DNA of 64,000 bases, from assembly GCF_009914755.1 (NCBI RefSeq), contig NC_060934.1. One strand, 5' to 3'. Source of the stretch: the human T2T-CHM13v2.0 reference genome, Homo sapiens. Shown piece after piece: positions 14,500-29,797 of this stretch. The translations under genes and the position numbers were made by a program. Every line of letters begins with the position of its first letter. The first letter of the stretch is position 1. Under the pieces are notes generated by a model that saw nothing but the letters and a program-made list of their open reading frames with translations, was not told the origin of the DNA and did no database searches.

Positions 14500-16087
14500 T
14501 CAGCAAATGAGGGAACAGAGTCCTTTCTCCATAGACACTCACACCGGCAGCACATCCGTCCGCTCCCTAGGTCTGACACTGCTGTAAGACCACCTTGCCT
14601 TCCGGTGCCCTTAGAGCCCCTCCACTCGGGTTCTGTGTGGCCAAGTTAGTTCCTCCCAGCACCCCGGGCTTCCCCCGCTTCTCCCAAAGGTGATGTTAAT
14701 AAAGACATCACATCACATCTTTTCCTCCTTCCAGATGACGGCACACAAGCCGGACGGAAGGTAGAGGATGAGGTAAGGAGCTGGGGGAAATGCTGTCATT
14801 TCCCCACAGTCATTCCTGCAGGTTTTTGGACAGGAGAAAGGCTTGTTATTATAGAGCCATCAGAGCCATCAGCCTCCTTCTGCAGGTGGGCGGAAGTCAA
14901 GTCCGTTTGAGGCCTCCATCCCCTTGGCCCATTCACCATTCAAATCCTCCCGAGAGTGCCCGCCAGTGGCAGACAAAGCCCGATGGAGTCTCAAGAACTA
15001 GGATCCTCTCCTGCCCTGACCCCTACCCCATTATCCCAGGCGAGATTACAGATTTGTGAACTTCAGTATAAAGAAACTTTTTGAAAATTCCACTTCAAAG
15101 AGCCAGTGGGTCTTCGGCCCCCACCTCTGGGCACAACCTCCAAGGGGTGGCAGTTGGTGTCTCTCCCAGCCCCTGAGTCCCTGTAGGGGTTGTTCACAGA
15201 GGTTGTGCCTGAGTTTTCTCTCATGCACGAAAGACCCTACAGAAGCCTTGGAAGACTGTGGCTCTGCCCCTTTCTTTGAGATCTTCTGGGGTCTCCAAGG
15301 GACAAGAGTGCATGGGGTTCCCTGCCAGTAGCTCCCCTTCCTCTCGGGTGCCAGGCTTTGTCTCGGAGGTAGCCCGGCTGTTGGCACCAAGTAGGCCCCC
15401 CACACTGTGCCATCTTTTGGAGTGAAGACCGCATGGGGGTAGCACTCCAGTCTTCGAGACCACCTTCCTGGTGCCCTTTTCTCAACTCTTCTCTCCCCCT
15501 TCTTCCAGCACAGCACCCACCTTGTTCCCCCTTAAATCAGCTGAGTGTTTATGGGCACCGGCTGCAGGTCCAGCACCTGCTCTGGGGATTGATGGTTTAG
15601 AAAATGAATAAAGGGAGGTGGGGAAAGAAGATGGCAGTGGGAGCACCCAGCCCTGTCCTGCTTCTTTGCAGAAGTGGTCGGAGAGTCCCCTAGAGTCAGG
15701 AAGAATGCCGTTGGTGGACCATGAGCTCCCCCAGGGCTGGGACTGTGCCTCGTCACCTTTGCGTGGCCAGCGCTGACTTGGCTCCCAGGCTTCCATTTGC
15801 ACACATGTGAAATGGGCCTCATAATGCTTCCTTCTCAAGGCTGTTGTGAGACTTAGATACAATGCTGCATGGCAAACGTCCAGCACAGAGTGCTTGTGGC
15901 AGTGCCCTCTCAGCGCGGGAGGACAATGTTGGGCAAACTTGCTGGGCCACACGTACACAGCGGTGCTAATGGCAGTGCCTGCCTTGGGATCCCGGGAGGA
16001 TGAAGTGGAATGCTGATGATGGCGAGGACCATTCTGGAACCTAGCACTTCAGCACCCAGTGAATGTGATTCAGAGATGGTGTGGGGA

Positions 16088-16275
16088 GCCAGGTGCACAC
16101 TTGTAATTCCACCTACTCAGGAGGCTGAGGCAGGAGGATCACTTGAGGCCAGGAGTTCGAGACCAGCCTGGGCAACATAGCAAGATCTCTGTCTCAAAAA
16201 GGAAGAAAGGAAAGCGAGAAAGAGAGGGAGGGAGGGAGGGAGGGAGGAAGGAAGGGAGGGAGGGAGGGAGGGGAT
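16088..16275 (+). repeat. Alu monomer (FLAM) with (GGGA)n purine tail
   Basis: Left-arm Alu sequence followed by an AAAGG/GGGA microsatellite. Confidence 0.85.
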
Positions 16276-18077
16276 GCAGAGGGCAGGGGAAGGGAAGAAT
16301 AACTGGGCACTGGGCTTGTCCTCTTGAAGACTGCCAACTCCTGCCCGCCCAACACAGCCTAGCCCCAGAATGTTTATTGCAAACCTGGTGGCGTGGAAAC
16401 GCAGATGCCATTTGGGGAAAGAATCAGCCCTCACGGGAGGGAGAATGCAGTGAGGAGGGATGGAGGAGGCCTGAGTCCAAGAAGGAAGAAGGTTATGTAG
16501 ACGAGGTCAGATGGAAAAGGGTCAGGACAGATGCAAAGAAGATGCTGGGTGTGGCCAGTGGTGCTGACGCCCCTCTTGGCCCACCCAGGCTCACCAGGGG
16601 CAGGTGGACAGTACACCTGCCCACCCACGCAGCATGAGGGCCTGTCTGCTCGACATCTGCAGAGCCAAGGGTGGCCAAGAATGTTACCCTTCAAGTAACC
16701 ATGGAAGGTAAGTTAACTTCAGTCCTCCCAGACTCCATGGTGCCCACAGTGCCCAATTTTGGAAGGATAGTTATGCAAGGATATGGACAGAAGGCCCGGA
16801 AAGAAAGCTGCAAGCCATCTTCAGGAGCTCTATCTGCCAGACGGGATTATGGATGATTCTTCCCTCCTTCTGTGTATTTTTCTATTATTAAGAGGTTTTC
16901 AAGGAACATGTATTACTTTTATATCAATTTTCCTTCAGCCCCTAGTTCACTCCAAGCAGATCTACTTGATGGGCAAAGCCACAGCCGAGGGAGTCTGAGC
17001 TGGGCAAGGCCCGCCCATTGGCACCCGGAGGTATTCCGTAGGCAACCAACGAGGCTGCTTCTCTTGGCCTTTCTGACACCGAGGGCGTACCTGAGGCTTG
17101 AAACTTCCAAGAGGTTTAGTCATCAATCTCTAGCCTCCCGCTGGCTGTTCCCGATTGTCAGCAGAGATCTCAGCGTGGGGAGCTGGCAGGCAGGCATCCC
17201 TCATTCAGGAGGCATTTGCCAAGAACGGTGAGGGGGGAGTGTCTCGCCCCCTTTAAGTATCAAAAATCCCAGGCGCTGTGTGTACAATCCCCTCCCTGGC
17301 CTTTCCAAGGGTGGCAGGAGTCCTAGTCCAGTGAAAAGACTGTTGAAGAGGGAGGAGATTCCCTGCTGCTGAGAAGGCCTTGCAGGGAGCAACAGGCTTG
17401 CCCCAGGGGCCACTGGTGCCAGCCAGGACGGCCCATAGTGGATCCAGCTTCTCCCCCAGGCCATTCAGTTCCACAGCACAGGCCGTGGAGGGCCTGCCCA
17501 GCCCCCTCACTGCAGGAGTGCAGATGAGTGGCAGGTGGCCATCCAGTGCCTCCTGGCCCTCGGCTTGGGGACCAAAGGGGTTTCCCATAGCTCAGTGCAC
17601 GTGCCCCACTCTAAGAGCCAGATTCACAGCAGGTATCCAGGAAGGTTTATAATTGGGTACCTTCCAACTGACATTCTTCATCTATTTGTTCAAACGTATT
17701 TGTCGACTGCAGGAAGGAACCAGTGCTGCCTCCACTGTGTGGAGGGTAAAGGCTTGATGACACGGGGCTTTCCAGCCCGGCAACTGCCATTGAGGCACTT
17801 TGAGAGGCTGTTGATTTCTCTCCACTTCCCAGAGCCTTGCACGGTGATGGGGGCGGGGTCTTTTTACATTTTGCCAATTCGGCTTATTTTCTGTGGTGCT
17901 GTTGTGTCCTCAAAGGTTGAGGTCCCGGGGAATTTTGCCTGGCTGGCTCCCTTCAATCTACTCTGCCCACTCTGCAGCCAAGCAGAAGCAGCCATGTCCC
18001 ACCACCAACCCCTGGGCCTGACTCCCTTTCCCTTGAGGGTCACACTCCTCCCAGGCTGCAAGGCCTGATTTAATGGC

Positions 18078-18930
18078 ACCTCCTCCCTGCTCCTCCCGAC
18101 TCCCCTGCTCCTCCCCTGACTCCCCAGCTCTTCCCCACCTCCTCTGTGCTCTTCTCCTGACTCCCCATCTTCTCCGTGAGCCTCCCCTGACTCCCCAGCT
18201 CTTCCCCATCTCCTCCATGCTCCTCCCCTGACTCCCTGTGTCCTCTGTGCTCCTCCCGACTTCCCAGATCCTCCCCATCTCCTCGGTGCTCCTCTCCTGA
18301 CTCCTCAGCTCCTCCGTGCTCCTCCCCTAACTCTCCAGCTCTTCCACGTTCCTCCTCTGACTCCTCAGCCCCTTCCCATCTCCTCTGTGATCCTCCCGAC
18401 TCCCTAGCTCTTCCCTATCTCCTCCATGCTCCTCTCCTGACTCCGCAGCTCCTCCGTGCTCCTCCCGACTCCCCAGCTCCTCCCCTGAATCCTCATCTCC
18501 TCCATGCTCCTCCCCTGACTCCTCATCTCCTCTGTGCTCCTCCCAACTCCCCATCTCCTCCATGCTCCTCCTGACTCCCCAACTCCTCTCTGCTCCTCCC
18601 AACTCTCTATCCCCTCCATGGTCCTCCTCTGACTCCTCAGCTCCTCCCCATCTCCTCCATGCTTCTCCCCTGCCTCCCCAGCTCCTCCGTTCTCCTCTCC
18701 TGACTCCCCATCTCCTCCATGCTCCTCCCCTGACTCATCTCCTCCATGCTCCTCCCGTCTCCCCAGCTCCTCTGTGCTCCTCCCAACTCCCCATCTCCTC
18801 CATGCTCCTCCCCTGACTCCGCAGCTCCTCTGTGCTCCTCCCGATTCCACAGCAACTCCGTGCACTGCCCTGACACTCCAGCTCCTCCTCTGATGCCCCA
18901 GCTCCTCAGTGCTCATCCCCAGCTCTGTCC
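18078..18930. repeat. Degenerate C/T-rich modular minisatellite
   Basis: Recurrent CTCCTCCATG / CTCCTCCCCTGACTCCCCAG / CTCTTCCCCAT modules over ~850 bp. Confidence 0.92.
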
Positions 18931-20111
18931 CAACCACTTCTTCATCCTGACTTGTATGAGTTTTGCTGTTTTTGTCTCTCCTCCCCCACGACTTTGAGAT
19001 GCTATCTGTCTTTTCTTAGCTTTCATTCTCTGGCCCCTAGCTCAGATCCTGGCACTGTAAACACCCAATAGACCCTGGTTTGATTTCGAATTGCTCATCA
19101 ATTTCTGAAAATAATGCACCTCAAGCTTTTCTTGGCAGTTGTCTGCAAATTGATTCAAGATGCCCAGCCAGGCAGGGGCAGGTGTGCTGGGGAAATCAAG
19201 GAAACCAACATCCATCCTGCTGGGAAGGCCTCCCACACTCTGACTCATCTGGTTTTCCTTCACACGTGTATTTGCGGGAAACGAACTTCTGTGCTTGAAT
19301 AAATATGCGGTTCTTTGTAAACATCAACGTTGTAAGTGCAATAAATCACTGGAAACAAGAGGCACCTCTCGCGGTGGAGAACAGGAACGGCTTTCGCAAG
19401 CACTATCGGAAAGAAGCAGCGACATCAATAAAGCCGCCCGTCAGAGCTGAGGAAAGAAATCAAAGCCCTTCCTGTGGAGGACACTGTTTAATTGATGTCG
19501 CATTCAGGGGATTATGGACTATGATCAATGCAAACTGGACTGACCGAGAGAACCCTGAGCACGGAAGGTTAGCTGGGTGTCCCGGGCTCCCAGCCAACCA
19601 TGTCAGAGCCAGAATGGACACCCAAGGACAGTAAAGACAAGACCCCATCTAGAGTTGGAAGCACCCAGAAGCCTCTGTCATCACCCTGCCCCAGCAATGC
19701 CACAGATGGGTGCCCCCTGGCAGAGCCACAGAATGTGTAAAGCTAAAATGAGTGTCCCGGCGTCCAGGGTTCTCTCTGTAGTACCCGCCTCAGCATCCCT
19801 GGCCTCATACACAGCAGGTACTCAATAAAGGTGGCTGAATTATGGATTCTCAACTCCCAATGCTGGCAGTGGGTCAGCACTGAACACATAATCCCAACTG
19901 CATGGTCTGGTGCACTCCAGGGAAACAAACCGGTCAACAATTGTCACTAGAGGAAGTCAAGACTAGCTCAAGGTAGTGGACGGTACATCTCTTCATCGAC
20001 TTGCTGATCCAATTGAATCTTCTTGCTTTGATCACTGAAACTTTGCTCCAGGGGTTTTCAACCCTGGCTATGCTGCAGAAGCACCTGGAAAGTCTGTTAA
20101 AATATGCATGT

Positions 20112-21035
<924 letters not shown>

Positions 21036-21256
21036 TATATATGTATATATACACACGTATGTGTCGGGCCCACCCCAGACAAGGCATACAGATGTTGTAA
21101 AAGTGGCCACATGTCCCTGGAGTGCTCCAAAGACTGAAGACCTCTAGCCTCACAGAGGGCCAGAGTGGTGGAACCCTGCCCCAGCTCTGCCGCCGACATC
21201 ATGTGAAGTTGGTGCTAGGCAGACTCTTAGCTCCCTTGTCTGTAAAACAGACATCA

Positions 21257-21578
<322 letters not shown>

Positions 21579-21983
21579 CTCTAAGCCCCCACTGACCAAA
21601 TAGGTCCACCCCAAGCACAGGAATCCACTCTACAGACTTACAAAGCAGCTGCCAGTCACAAATATTATTTTTATTTGTGTAAAGAAGCATGAATTTGCTC
21701 CACGACACTCAGACTCAATAAATATCTCATTTGAAAGTTTTTCTAAATAAAATTAAATCTAGCTGAACTCCCTGACACACCCCAACCTGGCCACCTTGCC
21801 TGACTGAGGGCCCTCTCCCGACTCAAGCACAGTCTATGTACCACTGAGTCAGCTGCATGTGCAGCCCCAGGCAGGCACCTCACCCACACCGCCAGCCCCT
21901 CTGGCCAGCATGTGGAATCAACAGCTATCACTCTGAGTCTTTGCGATCCTAAAAATGACAGACATAGTTCAGGGTCTTTATTT

Positions 21984-22352
21984 TTTTTTTTTTTCGACCC
22001 TGGGTGACAGGGTCTCACTCTGTCACCCAGGCTGAAGTGCAGTGGTACAATCGTGGCTCACTGTAGCCCCAATCTCTTGGGCTCAGGTGATCCTCCTACC
22101 TCATGAATAACTCAAGATAGTGGAGGGTACATGTCTTCATCTGCTGGCTGATTCAGTAGGCTCATCTACTCAGCCTCCCCAGTAGCTAAGACCACAGGTG
22201 CATGCCACCACTCTGGCTAATTTTTTTTTTTTTTTTTTTAGAGATGGGGTCCCACTATGTTGCCCAGGTTGATCTCAAATTCCTGGGCTCAAGCGATCCT
22301 CTTGCCTCAGCCTCCCATAGTGCTGGGATTACAGGTGTAAGCCGCTGTTGGG
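21984..22352 (-). mobile_element. AluJ interrupted by a 65-bp foreign insert
   Basis: Alu consensus breaks after ...CCTACCTCA at 22103 and resumes at CTCAGCCTCCC at 22169. Confidence 0.9.
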
Positions 22353-25300
22353 CTAGCTCTCCGGTGGCTGAGGAACTCACATTTATTTCCAGAATCTCCC
22401 TGGCCACTGATCCTTCATTTAAAACCAAAGCAGAGGCAAGGAACCAACAAAGTTGAATTCCTCTGCAATCAGGACACCTGGTGGCCCTTCTGGGCTCCAT
22501 TCAGCCTCACAGGACCCCAGCCAAGACTTCTCTCACCAGAATGAAAAACCTGCCAGGCCTCGGAGGGCAGGATCCCAAGGGACAGCCTAAGAAACAGCAA
22601 CCCACTTTTTCAATCCAAACTGTGAATTGCTTTAGGAGCAATCTGCTAGCTAAGCAAAGCTTTTCCATTTTTCACCTGTCTAAGAGCATTCTTCTGAGTC
22701 CTTGAGAGGGGACCGATGGGAATCCCAGCTCTCCCTTCATCCTCGTCACAGAATAATTCACACACAGGAATTCACAGGGCCAAGGCCCCAGTGAGAGGTG
22801 AGGGGCCTGCAGTAGGGATGTCCCCAAACTCCCCTGCCTGATGCCAGTCGGCAGCATGACAGGGACGGATGTGTTGCCCCGTAGCCAGTGTGCTGCCCCA
22901 CAGGCAGGACAGAGAACGATGGGGACCAAACAGTGCCCCGGCAGCCTTAGCCTGCCAGCTCCAGGCCTGTGCCCTTGGTTAGCCCAGCACTGCCCAGCAC
23001 CTCAGTGCTGGAGGGAGTCTCCCAGGACCCCCCTTGCTCAAGACCCCTCTGTCCTACCTGATCCCAGACCCCCTCTCTCTGCCTCTAGCAAGACCACTGA
23101 GCCCTGCTCAGCCCCAGGGCTCCCTCCAGCAGCAGTTGATCACCCCTTTGGCCCCCTCTTTTGCGATCCATTTCCCTCACTCCTAACCAGCCCAGAACAA
23201 ATGCCCACTGGGGGCCAACCTCCATGCCAGGCACAGTGGGCACAAAGTCAAGTGACTTCCCGTGAACCCACCAGATGCCCACCAAGATGCATTCAGACCA
23301 TTCTTAAGCAAACCAACTGCTGTCATTACAGGGATAGGAACTTCTCCAGAAGGGTCTGGAAATGACTCTCAGCTGCCATCACTGCTACATGGGACAAGAG
23401 AGTATCACGTGCATGCCTGGGCATCCTGCAGAGGGGGTCCCTCCCTGGGCCTGTCTTCATGCTATCCATCAGCACTTTTAAAGGATCCTTCTTCACTTTC
23501 CCCAGAACCATGTGCAGTGAGACCACAGGACATGGTGGCAAGAGGTTATCTGGACCAGAGATCTACACAGTCCAACCACCGGAGAGCTTTTCACAACCTC
23601 ACATGCACAATCCCCACCCATACCCAGAGGCAGAATCATGGGAAAAAGCCCAGCCCTAGCGTGGTGTGACTTGCACAAGTCAGTTAACCTCTTGGAGCCT
23701 CAGTTTTCTCACCTGTGGAATGGAGCTAATAATAGACCTTCCAGGTATGAGATGAAATGAGAGACTCTGGTGCTTCACAGCCTTTCTCCTGACAGCGTAC
23801 CTGGAGAATGTGAATGGATTTACACAGTGCACCGAGTACGTGAGCAAGCCTGCCTCCGGTCACCCCAGGGCTGAAGGGACCCCCATCTCAGGTGCAGGAG
23901 GCTGAGGGGCAGTGGTGGGAAGGCCTGATGGCTGCAAAGCACTAGGCAGAGGGCTGGTATATCGGAGGCCCCTCATGCAATGATGGGTTTTGTGGCTCAG
24001 CCAGGAGGCCTGGGCTGGGGCTGACGCATCGCCATTGTTTAAGGAGCTCCCCGCCTGACTCTGGAGCAGGTGGTCTGTGGGTCAGGTGTGGACCGAAAGG
24101 TTCCAGCAGCTCAGAACCAGCAGGTTCTTCCCCAAATAGGGTCACCAGCTCCCCACTACATGCCACCCCTTCCTGCAGCCCACACACCAGTAGGGTCCTC
24201 CCTGCCTAATTAGCAGGCAAATCCCTTTCTGCAAGAACTGAATGGGTCCCTTCTGCTGCGAGGGCTTCCCTCACACTGTCCCTTTGTAGCCGCCCAGCGT
24301 CTCAGCCAGGCCAAACTAGGTCCTCAGGTGTTTACTCTCCCTGCAATTTTGACTTTGCCCCTCTGGCTCCCACCTTCAAAGCTTCAAGCAGGGCTGTGGC
24401 GGGGGACTCCAATGGGGCTGAGTTTTCTGCTGGAAAAGTGGCTGGCCATGGGCAGGGCCTGGTCTGGCCACCCCAGACAGGGCTGTTTGCAGGGGGTGTG
24501 GTGACCCAGACAAACATGCTCTGGAGGTGAGACCACAAACAGCCCGGGCCCAGGGAGGCACTGAGTCCTCGCAAATGGGGTCAGGCGCAGCTGCTGCAGG
24601 CCCGACACCGCCCCTCTGCTCACCTGAAGGTAGAGAAGCCTAAAGAAGCTGGGAGGGGCTGCTCTCTCTGGAATGTACCACGGAGGCAGACATTCCTCCA
24701 AACAGAAAGGCAAGGCCCCTCCCACCCCAGGAGAGCACACCCGCTCTTCTACAGGGCAGGCTGACAGACCCTCTCCAGAGAGGGCCCTCTCCACCCACCC
24801 GGGCAGGAGGGTGGAGTCACAACTCGCTAACCCTAACCCCAGGCAACAGGAACAGGTGAGGGGGATGGGGTAGCAGGGGGCAGACGCTGCCCTCCCCTTA
24901 CCCCAGGCCTCCAGACATTCTGGACCAGCCCAATCCCCTGGTCACACTTAGCAAACCAGCCAGGCCCACTCGAGGTTGGACAACATGGGGGTGAAGTTTC
25001 CCTTCACTCCACAACACAGTCCGGGCTGTCCGGGACCAGGTCCAGGTGGATCCAGCCTCAGCACCCCACCTTAAGACTCTGTTAAGAGCTGTCTGAACTC
25101 CCTGCACCTGGGTCCTATGAACTCCGGCTTTTCAAGGCTGGCATGGGGATCGTAAGATCTAATGCAAGAACCGGCCCGCCATAAAGGACGGGTGATCATC
25201 ACCTTCATTCACTCATCAGGCTGAGACTGGGGGAGAGACAGGCACCGGGCAAGTGAGCCCAGGATTAGAAACCAGGCCCCAGTCAAGTGAAGCCAGGATG

Positions 25301-25916
25301 AGGACATACCCCCTGGGGTGTCCCAGGGTGTCCTCACTTCCCTGAGCCCTCTTAAGTGGAACACCGATTCAGCATCCCCACGCAAACCACTAAAATCCTT
25401 CTTTCTCAACAGAGTCTTGTGGGATTGGTGGGCCTGGGGAGGGTACCTTCCTGCTGTCCCATGGCCCTGGCACTTCCTTGCCCTGTGCTGGGGGCTGGGA
25501 GGGTGCCTGACCAGACCCTAAGAGGGTTGTTCCCAGCGGGATTCCTGGTACCACCCAAACTCGATGAAGCCACCTGTCAGAGCAGGGCCGGGGCCCCTGT
25601 GTGTTTATCAAGCCTCAGGTGATCCCAGAGGGCTCAAGAGTTTGAGGTCGGGGGCAGAGGGAGCTACAGGCAGGACCCAGCAGCCAATATCAACCTCCCC
25701 ACAGCCCACTGCTCCCATTTCTACATGATGACACTGAGACTCCAGAGGTTGTGTGACTGGTCCTAGGTCTCAGAGCTGGTAATTTGCCTCCTGGGATGCA
25801 GACACAAGCTTCCACCTGCGGGTGTCACCCCTCCTCAGGCCCCACCTCCCCTCCCATCCACGAAGTCCAAGGTAAGTCCAGGACTGGGCCCTGGGCACCA
25901 GCCTTGCCCTTGGCAC

Positions 25917-26700
<784 letters not shown>

Positions 26701-26989
26701 GGCATCCACACACCCAGGGCCTGCCACTCCTGCCCAGCCCAGGACCGTCACTATCTCAGTGACCAGTGGACAGGGCTCAGCAGGGCCACACGGATCAAGG
26801 TGGGCCCCAGCCAGGCAGAGACCAGGCCCCGCATCCTCCCACCCCCTGCACAACTTCGGTCCCCCAATCACCAGGGCAGGTATGAGTAAGGCCATTGCAC
26901 AGTGGCAAAAACTGAGGCCCGCAAGGGCCCAAGGACCACCACTCAGATCCCTCCGGGCACAGCCCAGCCAGGAGCTCCGGGCAGAGTCC

Positions 26990-27960
26990 CGGGAGGCCCT
27001 GCCCACAGGGTCAGAGCGCCCCTGCCCCCGGCCCAACGGATGCGCCTGTCCAGGATCACCACCTGTCAAGCTCGCTGCAGCGCGGGAGGTGGGGTGGACC
27101 CTTCCCTGCCCCGGAGCCCACACCTCTGCACGGTGAACCGAGGCGCTCCGACGGGTGCGCGGACAGCACCTGGCACTGAGGAGGTGAACGTGACTCCCAT
27201 ACACGCGGGACTGAACCAGCGCCCCAGAGCCCCCAGAACACGCATGGGCCCGCGGGGCCGCAGCCCACGCCCGGGACAGCCGCCCGCAGTCTACGCAGGG
27301 AGGGGCCGCGGGGCTCTGGTTTCTGCAAGTTCTGAATTGTCTCCAAGGAGCATATTCCAACGTCAGAATAATAAACTTTTACAGAACTGTATTGCTCTGC
27401 AGCGCGCGGGGGGACTCGGCCCAGCGAAGAGCGAGCGCCCTACAGGCCTCGGCGGAGGAGGGCACGGTCCCCAGCGCGGCTCCTGGCCCCGCCCACGGCC
27501 CCGCCCCAGCTCCCGAGCCCCGGCCTCGCGCACGCGCATCTCGCGGGCTCGCAGGACGGCCGGGAAGCAACGCTTTGCGGGCAGCGCCCCCTGCCGTCCC
27601 AACGCGCGTGGGGCCCTATGGCTGCGAGCAGTTCCGGCCAAAAGCCCCAGGACCCGGACTTGGGGTTATTGACTTGCGCGTGGGCGCTGAGTCTTGGAGG
27701 GGAGGGGACAACTCGCCACACCCCCGTCCTCTCCCTAGAGCTCGAAGCCCCTTTCTGCTGAAATGGGGCCTCCTTTTCTCGGGAAACTGACTTTGGGGGA
27801 AACTAAGTCTCAAGGGGATCTTAAAACCCAAGACGGGGGAATGGGAACCTCACAGGACGTGGGGGCGCTTTTCTGGCCATCTGTATATAAAACCTGCCGG
27901 GGGCCTCAGACCCTGGCTCCTCTGTCAGTTCCCAAGACCCGTCGCGCGCCCACCTGAGCC
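26990..27960. promoter_or_regulatory. Orphan CpG island with promoter-like motifs
   Basis: High CpG density; GC boxes 27487-27507, NRF1-type CGCGCACGCGCA 27527-27538, EGR-type GCGTGGGCG 27678-27686. Confidence 0.75.
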
Positions 27961-28027
27961 CGGTGCCCACTGGATGGGGGCTCAGGCTCACCTGGTCAGT
28001 CCTCACCCCCACCTCCAGAGACCAGGC

Positions 28028-28244
28028 AGTCATGCCCTTCTAATATGGCGGAGGTCCCAAAAGATTATACCATATTTTTACTGTGCCTTTTCTGTGTTTA
28101 GCTATGCAAATACTTAGCATTGTGTCGTAGCAGGCTGTGCCATCTAGGTTGTGTAAGTACACGCCATGATGTTCACATAACGAGAAAATCGCCAAAGGAC
28201 GCATTTCTCAGAACATACACCTGTTGTGAAACCACCCGTGACTG
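28028..28244 (+). mobile_element. Tigger3/MER7-like Tc1-mariner MITE
   Basis: Terminal inverted repeats CAGTCATG ... CGTGACTG; internal GACGCATTTCTCAGAAC. Confidence 0.7.
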
Positions 28245-29797
28245 TTCTGTCCTAATTCAACCCCCTCATTCGATAAAGGACAGAGAGGCATTGAGTTGCC
28301 AGAGGTCATCCTGGTTGTCAGAGGCAAAAGCAAAACCGAAGCTCTGAGCCTCGCAGCAACCACCCACGCCACCGCCTCCCGTCATCATCAGGAGGCCTCC
28401 CCAGGTTTCTGTCCCAGGGAGCGCAGCCGGTGGACAAGTCCCTTCCGCTCTCTGAGCCTCCAGTAACATGAAAACACTGGCAGGAGACCCTCCATGATTC
28501 CAGGATTCCTAGAACACTGGCAGGACACCCTCACCCGGTGATCACTCCCAGGTCACCCCACTGAAAGCCGGCAGCTTTCTGTATGGTCTGCATCCATGTT
28601 TTTCTATTTCTCCCAGGAGTAATTACTCCATTTGTTCACAGGTACACGGCTTGGCACTCAGGGGCCATAAATTAAAGAGATGTTGTGATAAAAAGGAAGG
28701 CAGGAGAGAGTAGGGGCTGGTGGATCCCACTTGCCCTTCACTGCCGGTCTCAGAGACTGGCCTAGGAGAAAGCCACCAAGATCAAAGGCCCCCAGACCCT
28801 GCATCCCCATGGATGTGCAAGCCTGAGCTGTCGGTGGTCCTCCCGAACCCTGCCTTGAGCCATGCTTGGCTATTCCACACAAGGCTTATTTGCAGCAATC
28901 ATCTGCTGGGCTCTTAAGTATTGTGATGCAAATTATAAAAGCCATTTTAGTTCAGATATCTCATTAACAATTTGAAGGGCTAGGCTGATGTATAGAGAAA
29001 AAATCTCATTTGCAAGTTAATCAAAATAAAGGCTGGGGAGCTAATAAACCTCCTCTGAGCCATTATACATGCATGGAACACTGGAGTGAGCCCTGAAATA
29101 TATTTTAAAGTTTTTTTTCCTAAATGGACTAAGCTGCTTTTAGATATATATTATTCATTTTGATGCCTCCTGCTGGTATTTTAAGAATCCATCCCCCAAG
29201 TTCAAAACAAATTGAAATGCTTTTACAGGCCACAGGGGCCTCTTGGCCAAGCTCTTGAGACAAAGGGAGGAGCTGTTCTCAAAGCCCCCAGTCCCTGAGG
29301 CACCAGGACCACCTACTGGCTCCCTCAGAAGGTTTGTCCAGCCCATCCAAGGCTCTTGGGCATCACCACTATTTCAATGACCTAAAGCAAGCTTGTGTTT
29401 CTGAGCCTTGGTCTCCTCATCTGTAAATGGAAGTAATAATACCTGGAGTGAGACTTAAGGCATTTGAAATAGTGCCTGGCACAGACTGCTGAATAAATGC
29501 TATTTATTTGAACCACTGTCTATCCTCCGGGACCAGCCAAGTGGTACTCAATAAACATTTTTGAAATAAATGTACCTATTAAAAAGCCCGCTGATGCCAG
29601 GAATCGTGTGCCTTATTCACCAGTAGACGTCAGTGCCCCAGCATGGTTGGGTGAATGACACCCTGCCTCACACTCAATACCCACTTTGCAAGGACTGCAC
29701 ATTAGAATCCCCAGGAGCATTTAATATCCAGGTGCAAGGCCCCATCCAGGAGATGCTGATGTAATTGATTTGAGGTGAGGTCTGGCCATCAATATTA

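Noticed and set aside
28473-28532. 20-bp direct repeat with 40-bp period (AACACTGGCAGGA.ACCCTC), CRISPR-like
   Set aside because: Only two copies in eukaryotic DNA; an ordinary small duplication.
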